NCBI GenBank assembly: GCA_009103225.1
Contig: RHPI01002048.1
Span: 237,702-301,701, forward strand
DNA length: 64,000 bases
DNA from: Chlorokybus atmophyticus
Lineage: Eukaryota > Plantae > Mesostigma and Chlorokybus algae
Direction: 5' to 3'
Positions within the stretch are counted from its first letter, which is position 1; each line of letters opens with the position of its first letter. The translations under genes and the position numbers were made by a program. The notes under the pieces are model-generated. The model was not told the DNA's origin and searched no databases. It saw only the letters and a list, made by a program, of their open reading frames with translations. This document shows positions 1-12,275 of this stretch, piece after piece.

Positions 1-1786
1 AATTACCATCCGTAAACGAAGTGAAGTGGTCTCATGAGGCGAGCTGACCACCTAGTACAACCGATGGTTGTACGCGAGTTGCGACTAGCTCCTCTAATGT
101 TTCGCTGGCAGGTGGTGACCCCTGCTGCATGCGCATACAGCACTCAAATAATGTGTCCAATTGTCGATGGCAAGAGCCACAGTGATTGATAAAGTACCTA
201 AGCTTGGGCAGACTGCCGGCTTCAACTCGTAGCGGGTGGGTGCAGAAGCCACATCGGATGTTGCATTGTGCTGTGGTCTCCGGTTGTGGCAAGAAGGATT
301 GTTGCACCGCAATCACCGGTGCTGCTCGTGGACGAGACGGCAGTACATGAAGGACTGGTGCCGCAGAAGGTGGATGCGCTCTGGCTGCGAGGGGAGCAGG
401 TGCGGAAGGTGAGACCCATGATAAGATGGCTCACAATGTTGCAAAGGACGACCATAAGCTTATGCATGTGCCTGACGCATTGTTACTAAGGCACAATCAT
501 AAAAGACAGCGTCTTACCTCAATGGCCCGTGGGCTGCATAGAGCAGGGGAAGCCATGGGGGCTGACAAGATGGTATTGGGTGCACTCCCCGCCACCCTCA
601 ATTGCAGACTCGTCACGGAGCTCGAGCCATGGGCACAGGATGCGCCACTGCCCCAATGGACATGTCGGGATTCAACAGGCCAACATGCATGTCAAACTAA
701 TGCCGCATTCCGCCGCGCCCATCAGCAAGTTGGATTGAAGGACTAGGTGATGGGATTGAATCCAGGCTTGCATAGGAGCTCCAACAAGACCTGGTGCATT
801 GTGGTGCTGTCAACCAATCACATATGGGTTAGCTGCATACTTGCGACAATGCAAATGCAATAGTTAACTGCGTCACACCGTCATCAGTTCGTTGCTTCGA
901 ACAGTCACCTGCGGCATTGCTGGTTGATGCACGAATGATTGCATGAACTGCGTTATTGCTGGTTGTTGTTCTACTGATTAACATGCCAGATGAATGGCCA
1001 CGCGCCCCTGTGCTCAAACCCAGCCTACTTCGTTCGGCACGCGCGCGCGACTTCGCACGCTCACGCACATTTTTGCATGCAAAGATAGGCATGCATTGGT
1101 GGTGCATGCAGTCGACATGCACAGCGAGGTTCGCAATAACATACCACCGCCCAGCTCTGTCTATCTGCTCTGGCTTCCGCAATATCGGCTTGACTGTGGC
1201 GTAGGTATGGGTGAATAGTGGCGGCCTGCAGCCACGCTACATGTATCGCATGGACTGCGTCAAAACCCAAATTGCTCTTGCAAGGAAATGCATGTGACTG
1301 TTGAGCGTATTTTTGCATTCCTTTGAGCCTGTTCCCACAGCCGCAATTGGTCCCGCATGGTTCTGACAAGGGGCTCCAAGGACTGCAGCTCCTGATCCAC
1401 TCTTTGTTGTAGAACGCGAGCCACAAAGCAGCTTCTTATGTGAAGATCGTCCTTGATGGCTTGCCTGCTGGTTTGTCCAATGTTGGTGACGCATGTTAGA
1501 CAGCCCCATTGCTGACGCCTACCATGATCCATGACGTGGCGCCCGTTATTTGCTGGCTTCGCTGCTTGAACTTTTACGACGACAACTTCTCGCAAGATGA
1601 GCCACGCCGCCGCTGCCGCCGCCGCCGCCTCCCACTCCTCTTGGTCCTCCGCCTTCTAGTTGAACCCAGGTCCACTATGCCCAACATTCGACCCGTCATT
1701 GACCCGATGCCTCTGCTTGCCATCATCCGGCCATCAATGAAGCTGTTAGGGTGAGTGCACGCTAACTCCAATTAAAGCTGGTCGAG

Positions 1787-1828
1787 CAATGGCTCTGTCG
1801 TACCATTGATGGTACGACAGAGCCATTG
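1787..1828. repeat. Perfect 42-bp hairpin (20-bp arms, 2-nt loop); first unit of a GTACCAT/ATGGTAC cluster extending to ~1950
   Basis: CAATGGCTCTGTCGTACCAT-TG-ATGGTACGACAGAGCCATTG. Partial copies of TCGTACCAT/ATGGTACGA at ~1860 and ~1915-1945. Confidence 0.9.
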
Positions 1829-2049
1829 TACGCCAATGGCTGGGGTTGGACGACATGCCTCTGTCGTACCATAAATGTTATGCCAAGCCATTGTTACCCT
1901 TGGTTGTACGAAGCATTGATGGTACGAATACATAAGTCGTACCATCAACCATAGGAGAGAAGGACGCACTACAAGTGCGACTCTAACGCGGGACACTAGA
2001 CGTTAAAAATCGCCTCAATTCTGTTTTCACGCCTCGTGCATTTGGGCGG

Positions 2050-2504
2050 TGTTGAAGGTATTACATGGGTGATGCTTGTATCCGGTCAGCTTGCCCTTCA
2101 TACAGGTCGAGGGTCGAAGGTACCAGGAAGAAGCGCGTGGACTCCAGACTTAGCAAGACGGTCGAGTCATGACGGACTCCGGACCAGGCTGCTTGGTAGA
2201 GCCTTGGGAGAAATCGCGTAGCTTCGTGGATACGTAAGCTTAGCAGGCGTGGCTTAGCTTGTTGGAAAGCTCTGGTTGTGAGCTAGACAGCGTAGCTTAC
2301 AGAACAGCAATCGGCTGAGTATAGCGCACGCGGTGCTTACCAATGTAGACGTGTGTAGAGACTGGCGGGGTATAAAGCCCAGACTTGTTGCAATGAAGAA
2401 AAGAGGTCACGATGTAGCATGTGTGCGGATGCTATGGCAGCAGTAGCAGTTATGCTCTTGTGTTGATGTTGTTGGCGTGTTACTTGCACGTGTGTATGTC
2501 AACA
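2050..2504. mobile_element. Solo LTR (455 bp)
   Basis: Starts TGTTGA and ends TCAACA (inverted termini). Flanked by a perfect 5-bp duplication GGCGG (2045-2049 and 2505-2509). TATAAA at 2371-2376. Confidence 0.88.
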
Positions 2505-3494
2505 GGCGGGCCAACTAGCAACAGCAGCGTTGCTGCGGCAGCGCCACCATCAGCTAAGCTGGCGGCACCCAACTATCAGTTAGATGATGCCTCGTGGTCC
2601 ATCTGTAGGTGCACCTCGTTGTGGAGGCCGGCGCCCCAAGTCCACATTGCCCCCAGTGTTCAACCGGCAACGGTCGCCGACCAGCAGCAGCCACTCTTGG
2701 CCAACCAATCGCAGCAAGACCCCGCGCTAACACCCAACCTACACAACCCCCACCTGACACCGCAGTCGCAAGGGCTAGAATGCATGCGTTTTCTCAGTGC
2801 ACCGTGCACGTTGCTTCTTGCTCAACTTCAAACATTGATGCTTGCTTCTTTTATGACTGGCACAGTTACTCACTGCATGCGTTCTGGATGCACTGTGCAT
2901 GTTCAACAAGTTGCTTCTTGGTCAACCGTGAGGGTTGCATCTTTCACGGCTGACAGCATGACTTACGTGGTGTGCTTCAGAGGGTTAAATGGAACCCCCA
3001 ACCAAAACGCATTTGGCTGTCACATAGCAACCTGGGTCGTCAGCAACCCTTCCCCAAGCAAGTCGAAGATTGGCAACAAGGTAAGCACTGTGTGACACCG
3101 TGACACTGTGTGTAACGGATTGTTCTTGTGGACAGCATTTGCGAAATGCCGTTGTTGAAATCATTAACGGCCACTAGGTAGAGAGCCACGTTTATCCCAA
3201 GGAGGACACTATTCTTCACGTTATGTGTCAAGTGCTGTGAATGCTTTAAGAGCTCACTGCAACGTGATACTGACCAACCTGCCCGTCACAGGCAGTTGGC
3301 TTTGACCATGACGACGAGGCCGATGCGGCCAAGTTCTATGAGGTGTACTGACCGCCCAAGGAGTGCCCCTGCCATTGGAGTGTCGCCTTGAAGAAAGCTA
3401 CGCAAGTCCGATTTGAGAACGTCACGAAGATCAAGCATGACCTTGAAGGAGTACAAATGACACTGTTTGATAGCACACACGGAGTTTTTTCCAC

Positions 3495-3720
3495 GGACCA
3501 GCCCTGGTCCGCACGTACGGACCAGGGCCAAAACGCCAGGGCGGCTTGGGGCCCGGACCAGGGTCGCCCGCCTTGGTCTGCACGAGGGGACCAAGCCTGG
3601 TCCAAAAATGCGGGTTTGTCACGCTTGGTCCCCGGACCCGGACTAGGGCTGGTCACGATCATAGACCGATACTAACCGGACCAGTTATGGTCCTCTGTAA
3701 GGACCATCATTGGTCCGATT
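3495..3720. repeat. Cluster of GGACCAG/CTGGTCC motifs with a short hairpin, resembling a transposon subterminal repeat
   Basis: GCCCTGGTCCG-CACGTA-CGGACCAGGGC at 3501-3528 plus several more GGACC(A/C)G motifs. Similar motifs recur at ~25590-25750. Confidence 0.6.
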
Positions 3721-4429
3721 TTGTATGAAATCCTTGCACTCTGAACCATGTGTGGTCCGGTTGGCACCTTTTGTGGTAATTTCTGGCCGGCTGCAGCCGG
3801 ACCAGCATGATAAACTGACCGGCGGCGGTTAGATGCTATCAATCAACCGTTGCGGCTGACTACGGTCAGCCACAGCTCCACCGTAATTAGGCCTGGCGGG
3901 CGGCCTGGTGCTCTATACCAAGAAAACCAGGCCACATCGCTGCCCTGGTAGTGCGGGCCTCGAAGCGACCAGGCCAGCATGATTAAGGCCAAGGGCTTGG
4001 CGGTCGCCAGGCCATAGACATGGCTACCACCATCACCAACGGCGCCACCGCTGTTGCAAGCCTGGGTAACAACATACACCAGGCCACAAGCACATGTGTA
4101 CATGCAATTCCTCTAGACCCTTCATGCAGATGTAATGACGCTCAGGCCGCATACACACCAGCAATAAGTGCATTACCTGCCACTAACAGCATGCAACAAC
4201 CACACTTACACGTCAACATAGCAGTAAACAGTAGAATGGGTATAGCGGTCTTTCAAGTAAAATAGTAAAGCCAGTACAATGAAGCTTCACAACCCTCTAT
4301 GACAAGCAACCGCTTATACTTGCTAACCAAACACTAGCAAAACCAATGCATGATAATGAGCGCAACTACGCCAACTTCTTACCTGCTGCGTCACCCTTGT
4401 GCTATCTTCACTGCCCTCCTTGAGTGATG

Positions 4430-5000
4430 CGCCTCCTTCATGTGCGAGGCCTACCAGCGTTTGTGATTGCAAATGTTGATGTAAGCATCATGAACATGAT
4501 GTTCACTAGAAATGCATGCGTAGGTGGGTGTGGGAGAGATGGTAATGATCACACACGATGTGTATACATGCGTGTGTTTGTGACTGAGCGTGTGCTGCAT
4601 AATACGTGCAACCTTTGAGGTGAGGATGTGCAACCAGTGTGCGAACGACTTCAACGTTGTCTGAGTGCACCTTACCAGCCGCCTGCTCGTGCACACACAC
4701 GCAGGCGGTTTGTAAATGTCAATGTGCATAACGAATGTGCGGGTGCCTGCATGTGTGCAGAACCGTGAATGAATGTGCGACTGCGTGTGACTGTTCATTT
4801 GCTCGTGCTACTATTGATATGGATGTCAGTGCATACACGCGACTGTGTGTGTGCAACTGTTCATGTTCATGTGTTTGAATGCGTGTAACAATTGCGCAAA
4901 TAAGTGCATGTGCAACGGATGCGTGTGTGTGCGCGTGCATTCTTACATGTGTACGAGTGCAAATCTGTTCATGCGTATGTAGGTGCATGAGCTTATGCAA
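4430..5000. repeat. TG/CA-rich low-complexity tract
   Basis: Dense GTGT/GTGC/GCAT alternations. The overlapping ORFs are His/Thr/Cys/Val-rich artefacts. Confidence 0.7.
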
Positions 5001-5434
5001 GACTCACATTTGCCACTCAACGGTGCCGGCCTGCACGAGCCTTGACTTTGTTAGCAGTGCTGAGACCATTCAGCACCGCTGCATGCGCGGACACCAATGT
5101 CATCGCTCCTTGCTGCACCACCATCGCATGGGAGTGGTGGTTTGAACGCGGTTGCGCTGGAGCAGGCACATGTCTGCACATACGGGGTAGCCTACATTTT
5201 ATACAAAGGCTGCAATGCAGCAATCATCAACACAACAGCACATACCAACTTCTCTCCCTTTGCCCCCATTGCGGAAAGGGCCCTTCCGCTCTCGCCCCTA
5301 CTGAGCACTAATTAGCGCGCCATCCGCATCCTGTACGTGCTGAGCAGGAGTGAGTTGAGAAGCAAGCGCCTGCACGTGCGCGCTTGTATGCGCCTCGTTT
5401 AAAGAGAAGGGAAGGGCGAGGGGGGGGGGGGGGG

Positions 5435-5472
5435 NNNNNNNNNNNNNNNNNNNNNNNNNNNNNNNNNNNNNN
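5435..5472. other. Assembly gap; other N-runs at 7232-7269, 36332-36413 and 57784-58103
   Basis: N-runs seen directly. Each abuts a poly-G run, and the last also abuts a GA microsatellite. Confidence 0.95.
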
Positions 5473-5529
5473 GGGGGGGGGGGGGGGGGAGACACACACC
5501 TCTTCACATGCATAGTGTACAAGACCTGT

Positions 5530-7399
5530 CTCGCAGGCAGCACTGACCAGCGCCGCCTATAACAGTTGCTACAGGCAAGTTCATAGGCCGCACTGGTCAG
5601 TGCAGACTATGAGCCCATCTACATCTCATAGGTCGCACTGGCGCAGTGCGGCCTATAAGAAATAGGCATGCTATAAACTCAATTACATCATGCGCGTGCA
5701 CAGCAACACACATGACACGTGGGAGTGACTCATGCAGTAACGCACGGACATGCACACGCTCCCCGCAAGAAAACACACACACACACTCATGCACACTCAA
5801 GCGCGTGCGCACACAAACACGCACATTTATCGCATTTTTAAGTTGAAGGAAGCCACGAACAGCTGGCTCATAGGCCGCACTGGTCCGAGCGGTCTATAAA
5901 CCAACCTATAGATATTGCCTCATAGGCCGCACTGGTCAGTGCGGGTCATGAGCCAGCCTGATAGGCTGCACTATTGTGCATGTGTGTTGTGACATTGCTC
6001 ATGCGTGAATTTGCACGCATACATTTAAAATGCAGTTCATAGACCGCACCATACAGGCATGCAAGTACTCTGTGTCACACACGTATGCATGTGCACACAC
6101 ACTTGTTGTATATAAGGCTGGCTTGTTAGATGTCGCTGGCTCAGAGACCGCACTGACCAGTGCGGCCTATGAGAGAGCGATGCTTGGTCACTAGATTCTA
6201 GAAGTCGTAGGCGGCGGCTGAAAGAGAGTGGTTTGTAGTGCACAGCTCTGCGTACGCAGGCACCTTTCGCCCCAGCTCCGTGCCCTCCGCCATCATTAAG
6301 TGCAATGAGTGTGTGTGCACATGAGTGCGTTTTAAGGTGCAATGAGTGCGCAATTGTGCGTGCGTGAGTGCACACATCTGTTGGGCTACACGTTATAATA
6401 GTACGCACAAGCGTACCCAACTGTTCCAGCAACGCAGCCACGTATACTGGGCGAACCTTGCTTGTGTGACACAATGCTCCTGTGCATGCTTAGCTATTGT
6501 GGGCACTTACATGGGGGCGGGCAAGGAGGGCATCGCCAGAGCCGCAGGCAAAGAGGTAGGCGGTGTAGGGGAGGTGAGACAGATCAGCGAGGGTGAACTT
6601 GTTGCTCACAAGGTACTGGTTGCCAGTCTTGGCGAAACGGGCCTCATAGTTGTCCAGCACCCGCTCCTTGGCCGTCTCAGCGTCAACCACACCCTGGTTG
6701 GTCTGGGCGCCCATCTTAGGGAGGAAGAACTTCTGGACGACAATGCAAGAGGCAGGGGGATTGTAGTTCGCCTGTCATCCAAGTGTGTGTGTGAGAGACA
6801 TGCAACTCTCGCTTGCTACCATGAGAGCTGGCATGGGCATGCGAAGCATGAGAATGGGTCACATTAAGTCTCAGTCATACACTGACCTGCTCAACTTCCA
6901 GCCACTCGTCAGCGAGGGCCTGCTCCTCGAGGGTGGAGCCGTCAAGGTTGTCGCCGTTCTTGCTGGTGCGGATGAGGTGGCGGGCAATGGCCCTGAACTC
7001 GTACACGCGAAGGTTGCCATCCTCCAGCACGGGGATCTGGCCAAAGGGCTGCATGGCCAGGTACTCTGGCTTTTTATGGTCGCCCGGTGGTAGTGCTTGT
7101 GTATGCAGAGCCGCGCAGCCCAAACTTCTCTCTTCTCAGCAGCGGGTGATTGCCAGCCGCTTGTGCGCGGACTGCCCAAGCGGCTTGGGCAGTCCGCGAA
7201 CCTGCACGTGCGCACGCGCGCGCATGTGCTTNNNNNNNNNNNNNNNNNNNNNNNNNNNNNNNNNNNNNNGGGGGGGACACCTGTTCACATGCGTTATGCA
7301 CACGCAGACCTGCCTCATAGGCCGCACTGGTCAGTGCGGTCTGTGAGCCAGCCCATAGCAACTGCCTCATAGGCCGCACTGGACAGTGCAGCCTATGAG
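5530..7399. repeat. Dispersed 34-bp palindromic repeat, at least 8 copies (consensus CTCATAGGCCGCACTG-NN-CAGTGCGGCCTATGAG)
   Basis: Copies start at ~5530 (degenerate), 5580, 5625, 5867, 5919, 6140, 7314 and 7366, with a half copy at ~6036. Loops are GT/AC/GA/GCG, so both orientations occur. Confidence 0.9.
6490..7180 (-). pseudogene. GSTF: Phi-class (plant GSTF-like) glutathione S-transferase, probably a pseudogene
   Basis: Exon ~7088-6887 gives GDHKKPEYLAMQPFGQIPVLEDGNLRVYEFRAIARHL...ADEWLEVEQ. A GT-AG intron follows. Exon 6771-6490 gives ANYNPPASCIVVQKFFLPKMG...VLDNYEARF...FTLADLSHLPYTAYL...ARPHVSA. ESRAI reads EFRAI, the N-terminus appears frameshifted (EKFGL...TTG), and the C-terminus stops before the usual WW. 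No start exon found; an N-gap lies just upstream. Confidence 0.8.
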
Positions 7400-8914
7400 G
7401 CAGATGCCATAGGCCTATAGCCTAATTTCAACAAGTGTGCATGTTCATGCGTGTGTGATACAGAACACATGCTTGCACATGCCCGTGTGCATGTGCTTGC
7501 ATGTGCATACGTATGCGGTGCGCTTTACGCCTTCACGTGCGTATGCTTTTGCTTGGCCAAGTGGGTGGGTGAGTGCGTGAAGAAGGTTCGTGTTACGTAG
7601 TACATGTGGCTGTAGGAGTAAAGTACAAGCAAATACGTCTGCAAGCTGGACACGCAGTTGGACGCATGCATGCATGACCATACAACAGAAACCCTTACAT
7701 ACGTGTGTGCTAGCCAGCTGTGCATGTGCATATCTGATTTTCAACGTACAGAAAATCTGCCAAGTATGTGGGCTTCTCGATATATTGACGGCGGGTCCTT
7801 CCAGCACAGGTTGGGTGACCACTTGGAAAAGCTCCATCTGCACATAGTGCGTGTAAGGAGAGTTGTGTTGGGAGGNGGGGGGCGCGGGGTGGATGTTTTC
7901 ATTAGACACATCGAAAACGACAAAACCAACAGCAGGGGAGACAGCAACAACGACGATAACAACCCATTGACAAAATAAAAAATTGACGATAGCAACAGTC
8001 GCTCTTCCCACTGCAACGGCTGCTGCCAGTACAGCTGATTCTTTGCAAGCTATGCAGTCCGCTGCATAGCTTGCAAAGTATGACAGCCGCAGCTAGAAGC
8101 AAGCTTTAAAGTAGTGCGGCAATTGTTAATGCATTTGTTTCCAGGATGAAAGCATGCATGCCAAGGCAGCAGCAACGCTAACCAACAATGTAAATGGGGG
8201 GAAGCTGTCAGTGGCTTGCTGAGCAGTACAAACGACAATGAGACCGACAAGACAAAGAAACTACGGTGAGTAATCAACAGCCGCCCACTTGCACGCTTCC
8301 CCATGGTCGCTGTGCAGAAGTAAAGCATATGTTGTTTGCAGCACAGCAGCACTCACCGTGTCCACTTTGCGACAATGCAGGATACGGTGAGGTTGATTGT
8401 CTATAGATCACTCTACTAGTGCTTGTAAGCTGTGCCGCCAGCATGCAAGCGCCACCTCCGCCGCCTCCAGCTTGTGGGCGGCATCACCGTCAGTAGAGGC
8501 GGCAAGGCAATGCATGGCATGGCCGGCTTGGACTTATCGTATGCTTACACCTGTACTTGCTGACGTGTGCAAGGCGCAAGCCGCGACTTGCTCGCGTCAG
8601 CAAGTAAGCACAAGCGACTTGCGGCTCGTCTACCCTGGTCCTGGTACGCTATACTTAATGCAATGCGGTACATGTGAATTGCGCGTCTAGTGCAAGTCGG
8701 AGTCGGAACCATCGACGGGGCTCTGGACACCCGCGCGGGGTCGCGACCGGCGGCATTGTCCGGGGATCGAGCCGCGCTGCCGGCACCCCGCCGGCCGCGC
8801 GGTTAACCGCGCTGACCGCGCGTCGGCGGAGGGCAGCGCCGAGCGCCGACGAGGGCGAGCGCCGACCAACGTGTAAATTACATCAAAAGGCATATAGTAT
8901 ATACCTCGCATAAA

Positions 8915-9640
8915 GCAATATATATATATATGTACATAATTACATATATGTATATATATGCATATGTACATATATGTATGTAAGTATATCCATATATGTA
9001 CATATATATATATATGTGTATATATGTATGTATATATATTTGTACATATATATATACATACATATATGTATATATATACATATATGTATATATATACATA
9101 TATGCATACATATATATGTATATATGTATATATGTACATATATGTACATATATATATGTGTATATATGTATGTATATATATATACATACATATATGTACA
9201 TATATACATATATGCATACATATATACATATATATGTATATATGTATATATGTATGCATATATGTATATATGTACATATACACATATATACCTATATATA
9301 TGCACATATATACATATATATATAGTATATATACATTCAATGTATATATACATTCAATGTATAAATAGTATATATGTACATATATACATATATGTATATA
9401 TGTATATACATATATGCGTGTATATATATATATATATGTATACATGTAAGCATACAAGTGTATAAATACATAATCAATATGCAACAAGTTTTCATATTGT
9501 GCAGATCTGCATACATGCATATGTGAATGCGTGCGTGCGTGTGTGCGCGGGCATGTGCGCGCGTGTGTGTGTCCCAAAATACACGTACGCAGTACATCCA
9601 ATATGTACTCAGATATAGTTACATGTGTATATATATAATC
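8915..9640. repeat. Degenerate (TA)n/(TATG)/(TACA) microsatellite
   Basis: About 700 bp of TATATGTACATATATAC-type repeats. They produce the spurious Y/I/M/H/C ORFs at 8687-9601. Confidence 0.95.
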
Positions 9641-11156
9641 ATTTCACGGTAGTGTTCCCTTAGAGCAAATTCCCGGAGCATGGCAAAGCATGTTGTGCGC
9701 GTGCGCACATGTGCAGAGCCTCGCAAGCACATGATATCAACTAAGCACTATCAGCATTGTGCTTTGGCCGTAACATATCAATCAACTCTGCAACAGTCAA
9801 TGGTCGAAAACTCTTGTCACAAGGCTTCTGCTGTTGCTCACGCATGTGATCCAATCGCTGCGCTGCCTCCTCTTCACTCACACCCTCCTTCACTGCCATC
9901 TCCTTGATGGCTTTGTACAAAACGTTGCACTTGCCATAGTGCGTCTTCATTCTGTTGTCGCCGGCTCGCCATGTGGTCTTGAACCTTGCATCCAACTCGC
10001 GCACAGCAGGACCACCGTCGATCCCCTCGCTGTACTCTTTCCAAACAGCTGCAACCGTTGGCAGCTTCAACTTCATTTGATACTTGATAGGCACAGATGT
10101 GGCAACATGTGCTGCGGTTGAAGTGGACGGGGCTGCGTCCTCGTGTGGCTTTGGCTCGTTCGCGCGTGCTCGCTTGCATGAAGGTGACTTTGTGATATTA
10201 GGGGAAGTAGGAGTTGGGGATGATAGCGACTTCCTTGGCAGGGGAACGTTGAGGTTGTGCAGACCGTTGTGCAGACTCTCAATGAGAGACACGACCACCT
10301 TCAGTTGTGTCTTGGTTTCTGCAAATCCCGTCTCCACAATAGAGTTCAAGCGTTGTACCTTGCTCGCCACATCAACGATGCGATCCGAAATCGTTGTTGA
10401 CAGTGCATAGCTCCCTTGCAAGATCAAAGCCAACTGTGAACAGGCTTCAAGTCAGTATAAAAAGCAACACAAGTCACATACTCGAGCATCTACTTATGTT
10501 GAAATGCACACATATGCTTACCCGATCAGGCAAGTGTTGGTTTTCGGCTCGTTCCTCTTACATGGATAAATTGTGCGCAGTGACGACGGGTGTTGCCCAC
10601 TCGTCAAATTCGGGGTTGTTGAAAATGTCATGTTGGCAAATCGCCAGCGCATCAAGACCGAGAATGCTAGCACCCATCAATTGCACTCTACCGCTGCGCA
10701 TGATGGCTACATCCTGTTGCAAACAACGAAGGCATATGTTATGCACAGCTTATGTCACCTGCTCGGTCACATGTGCATACCTGAGCAATGACGTCCCGAA
10801 AATAATCCAACATCTCAAGATGCTTGTGCGCTGCCAGATCCTTGACCTCTCCTTCAAAGTTGCGCTGCACAATACACACGTTACACTCATGTCACGCACA
10901 AGTTACACATGCACACGCATGTGTACGCGCATACGCGCGCATGCATGCGCGCGTTGCTAATGACATACCTGTAATACTTCAGCAAACCGTCTGTCAAGGT
11001 CAGGAAAGATTTGCTTCCGCATGGAATCTGGCAATGTAAACCGCGATCGAGCCAGCACATGTTTTGACTCATGATTACGAGGTCCGTATCCAGCCACTAC
11101 TGCACACGTTGCCACATGTAGCTGTGTCCAGTACGACTTGTTAGAATGGTCATTAT

Positions 11157-11395
11157 TGTCGGGTCGAGGGGAGTCGAGGGTCACGCTGTCTTGGACAGCT
11201 GCATGGACAGCTATGTGCTGGACATGCTGCTGCGCCACCTGGGTGACGCGTAGCAAGAACAGAAAGATGACCTCCACCCTCATGGTGACAAGTGCTTCGT
11301 GCAGCTGGGGTGCTGCTGCTGGGTAGTACGGGCAGATGGAGTCGGTGTTTTCCCTAAGAACATGCTGTGCCGTAGCATACAAAGTCAACAAGCCA
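11157..11395 (-). repeat. Repeat B2 (239 bp), 3'-terminal copy of B
   Basis: Matches 11989-12230 with about 4-5 substitutions and a 3-nt indel (by eye). Confidence 0.95.
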
Positions 11396-11986
11396 CTACT
11401 ATGGGTAGTGCTGTTTACACAGTTCTTTGCGTGAGTGGGAGAGGAATTACACTGTTAAGTGAGGTGAATGAGCAAGCAACACGTGGATGCTATGCCCTGA
11501 CTGATGCCAACAAGCACACCGCGACCAAGTACACAAAGCTCACAGCAAGAACAAGCACAGTGCACAAGAACATGCACAGGCTCTCACACGGTGAGGGGAT
11601 TCTTGGGAACCAGGACGGTGTGTTCGTAGTTCAAGTCGCTTCACAAGCTCTTAGCTTTCTCACTTACAGTGTCACCAGCTGATCCGGTGAACACTGTGCC
11701 TACTTATACAAGTCAACTCATGACTGTCCAGAACATGAGCTAACGGTCATATTGAGGCTATTTCCACAAGAAATGCCCACTCGATATAGAACCAGACTTA
11801 TAACTGCACTCACAACTGAACAGCTACGCGCGGTGCCTATGCAGGCTATGGTCACGAGCTACTCTAGGGACATGACCTAGCTACTGGTCAGAGGCGCGTG
11901 CGGGTTGCCATGCTGGTAAGCCGGGCGAGGGTCTCGCTGTAGGCATGCCCGATGACGACTGGCATGCTTGGGCGATAGGCATGACA
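11396..11986 (-). repeat. Repeat A2 (591 bp)
   Basis: Matches 21652-22242, same length, about 9 substitutions by eye, mostly transitions. Confidence 0.95.
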
Positions 11987-11988
11987 GC

Positions 11989-12230
11989 TGTCGGGTCAAG
12001 GGGAGTCGAGGGTCACGCTGTCTCGGACAGCTGCATGGACAGCCATATTGTGCTGGACATGCTGCTGCACCACCTGGGTGACGCGTAGCAAGAACAGAAA
12101 GATGACCTCCACCCTCATGGTGACAAGTGCTTCGTGCAGCTGGGGTGCTGCTGCTGGGTAGTACGGGCAGATGGAGTCGGTGTTTTCCCTAAGAACATGC
12201 TGTGCCGTAGCATACAGAGTCAACAAGCCA
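11989..12230 (-). repeat. Repeat B1 (242 bp), directly after a short G-rich polypurine tract (AGGGGGGG, 12238-12231 on minus)
   Basis: Copy of 11157-11395. Separated from A2 by the dinucleotide GC at 11987-11988. The PPT is only 8 purines long, so that call is weak. Confidence 0.9.
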
Positions 12231-12275
12231 CCCCCCCTGGGCTCTGGGGAAGGTTCCAGCTCCAGAGCTCAGCTG

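Noticed and set aside
2421-3095. 224-aa plus-strand ORF
   Set aside because: It starts inside the solo LTR, is low-complexity and has no recognisable domain.
5530-7399. Palindromic repeats as a CRISPR array
   Set aside because: Spacing is irregular (about 10 to over 1000 bp), orientation is mixed, there are no cas genes, and the context is eukaryotic.
8686-8880. GC-rich palindromic patch ending CTAG on the minus strand as a Helitron 3' end
   Set aside because: Followed by A rather than T, no properly placed hairpin, and no 5' TC end found.
8687-9601. 304-aa and overlapping ORFs
   Set aside because: Translations of a TA-rich microsatellite.
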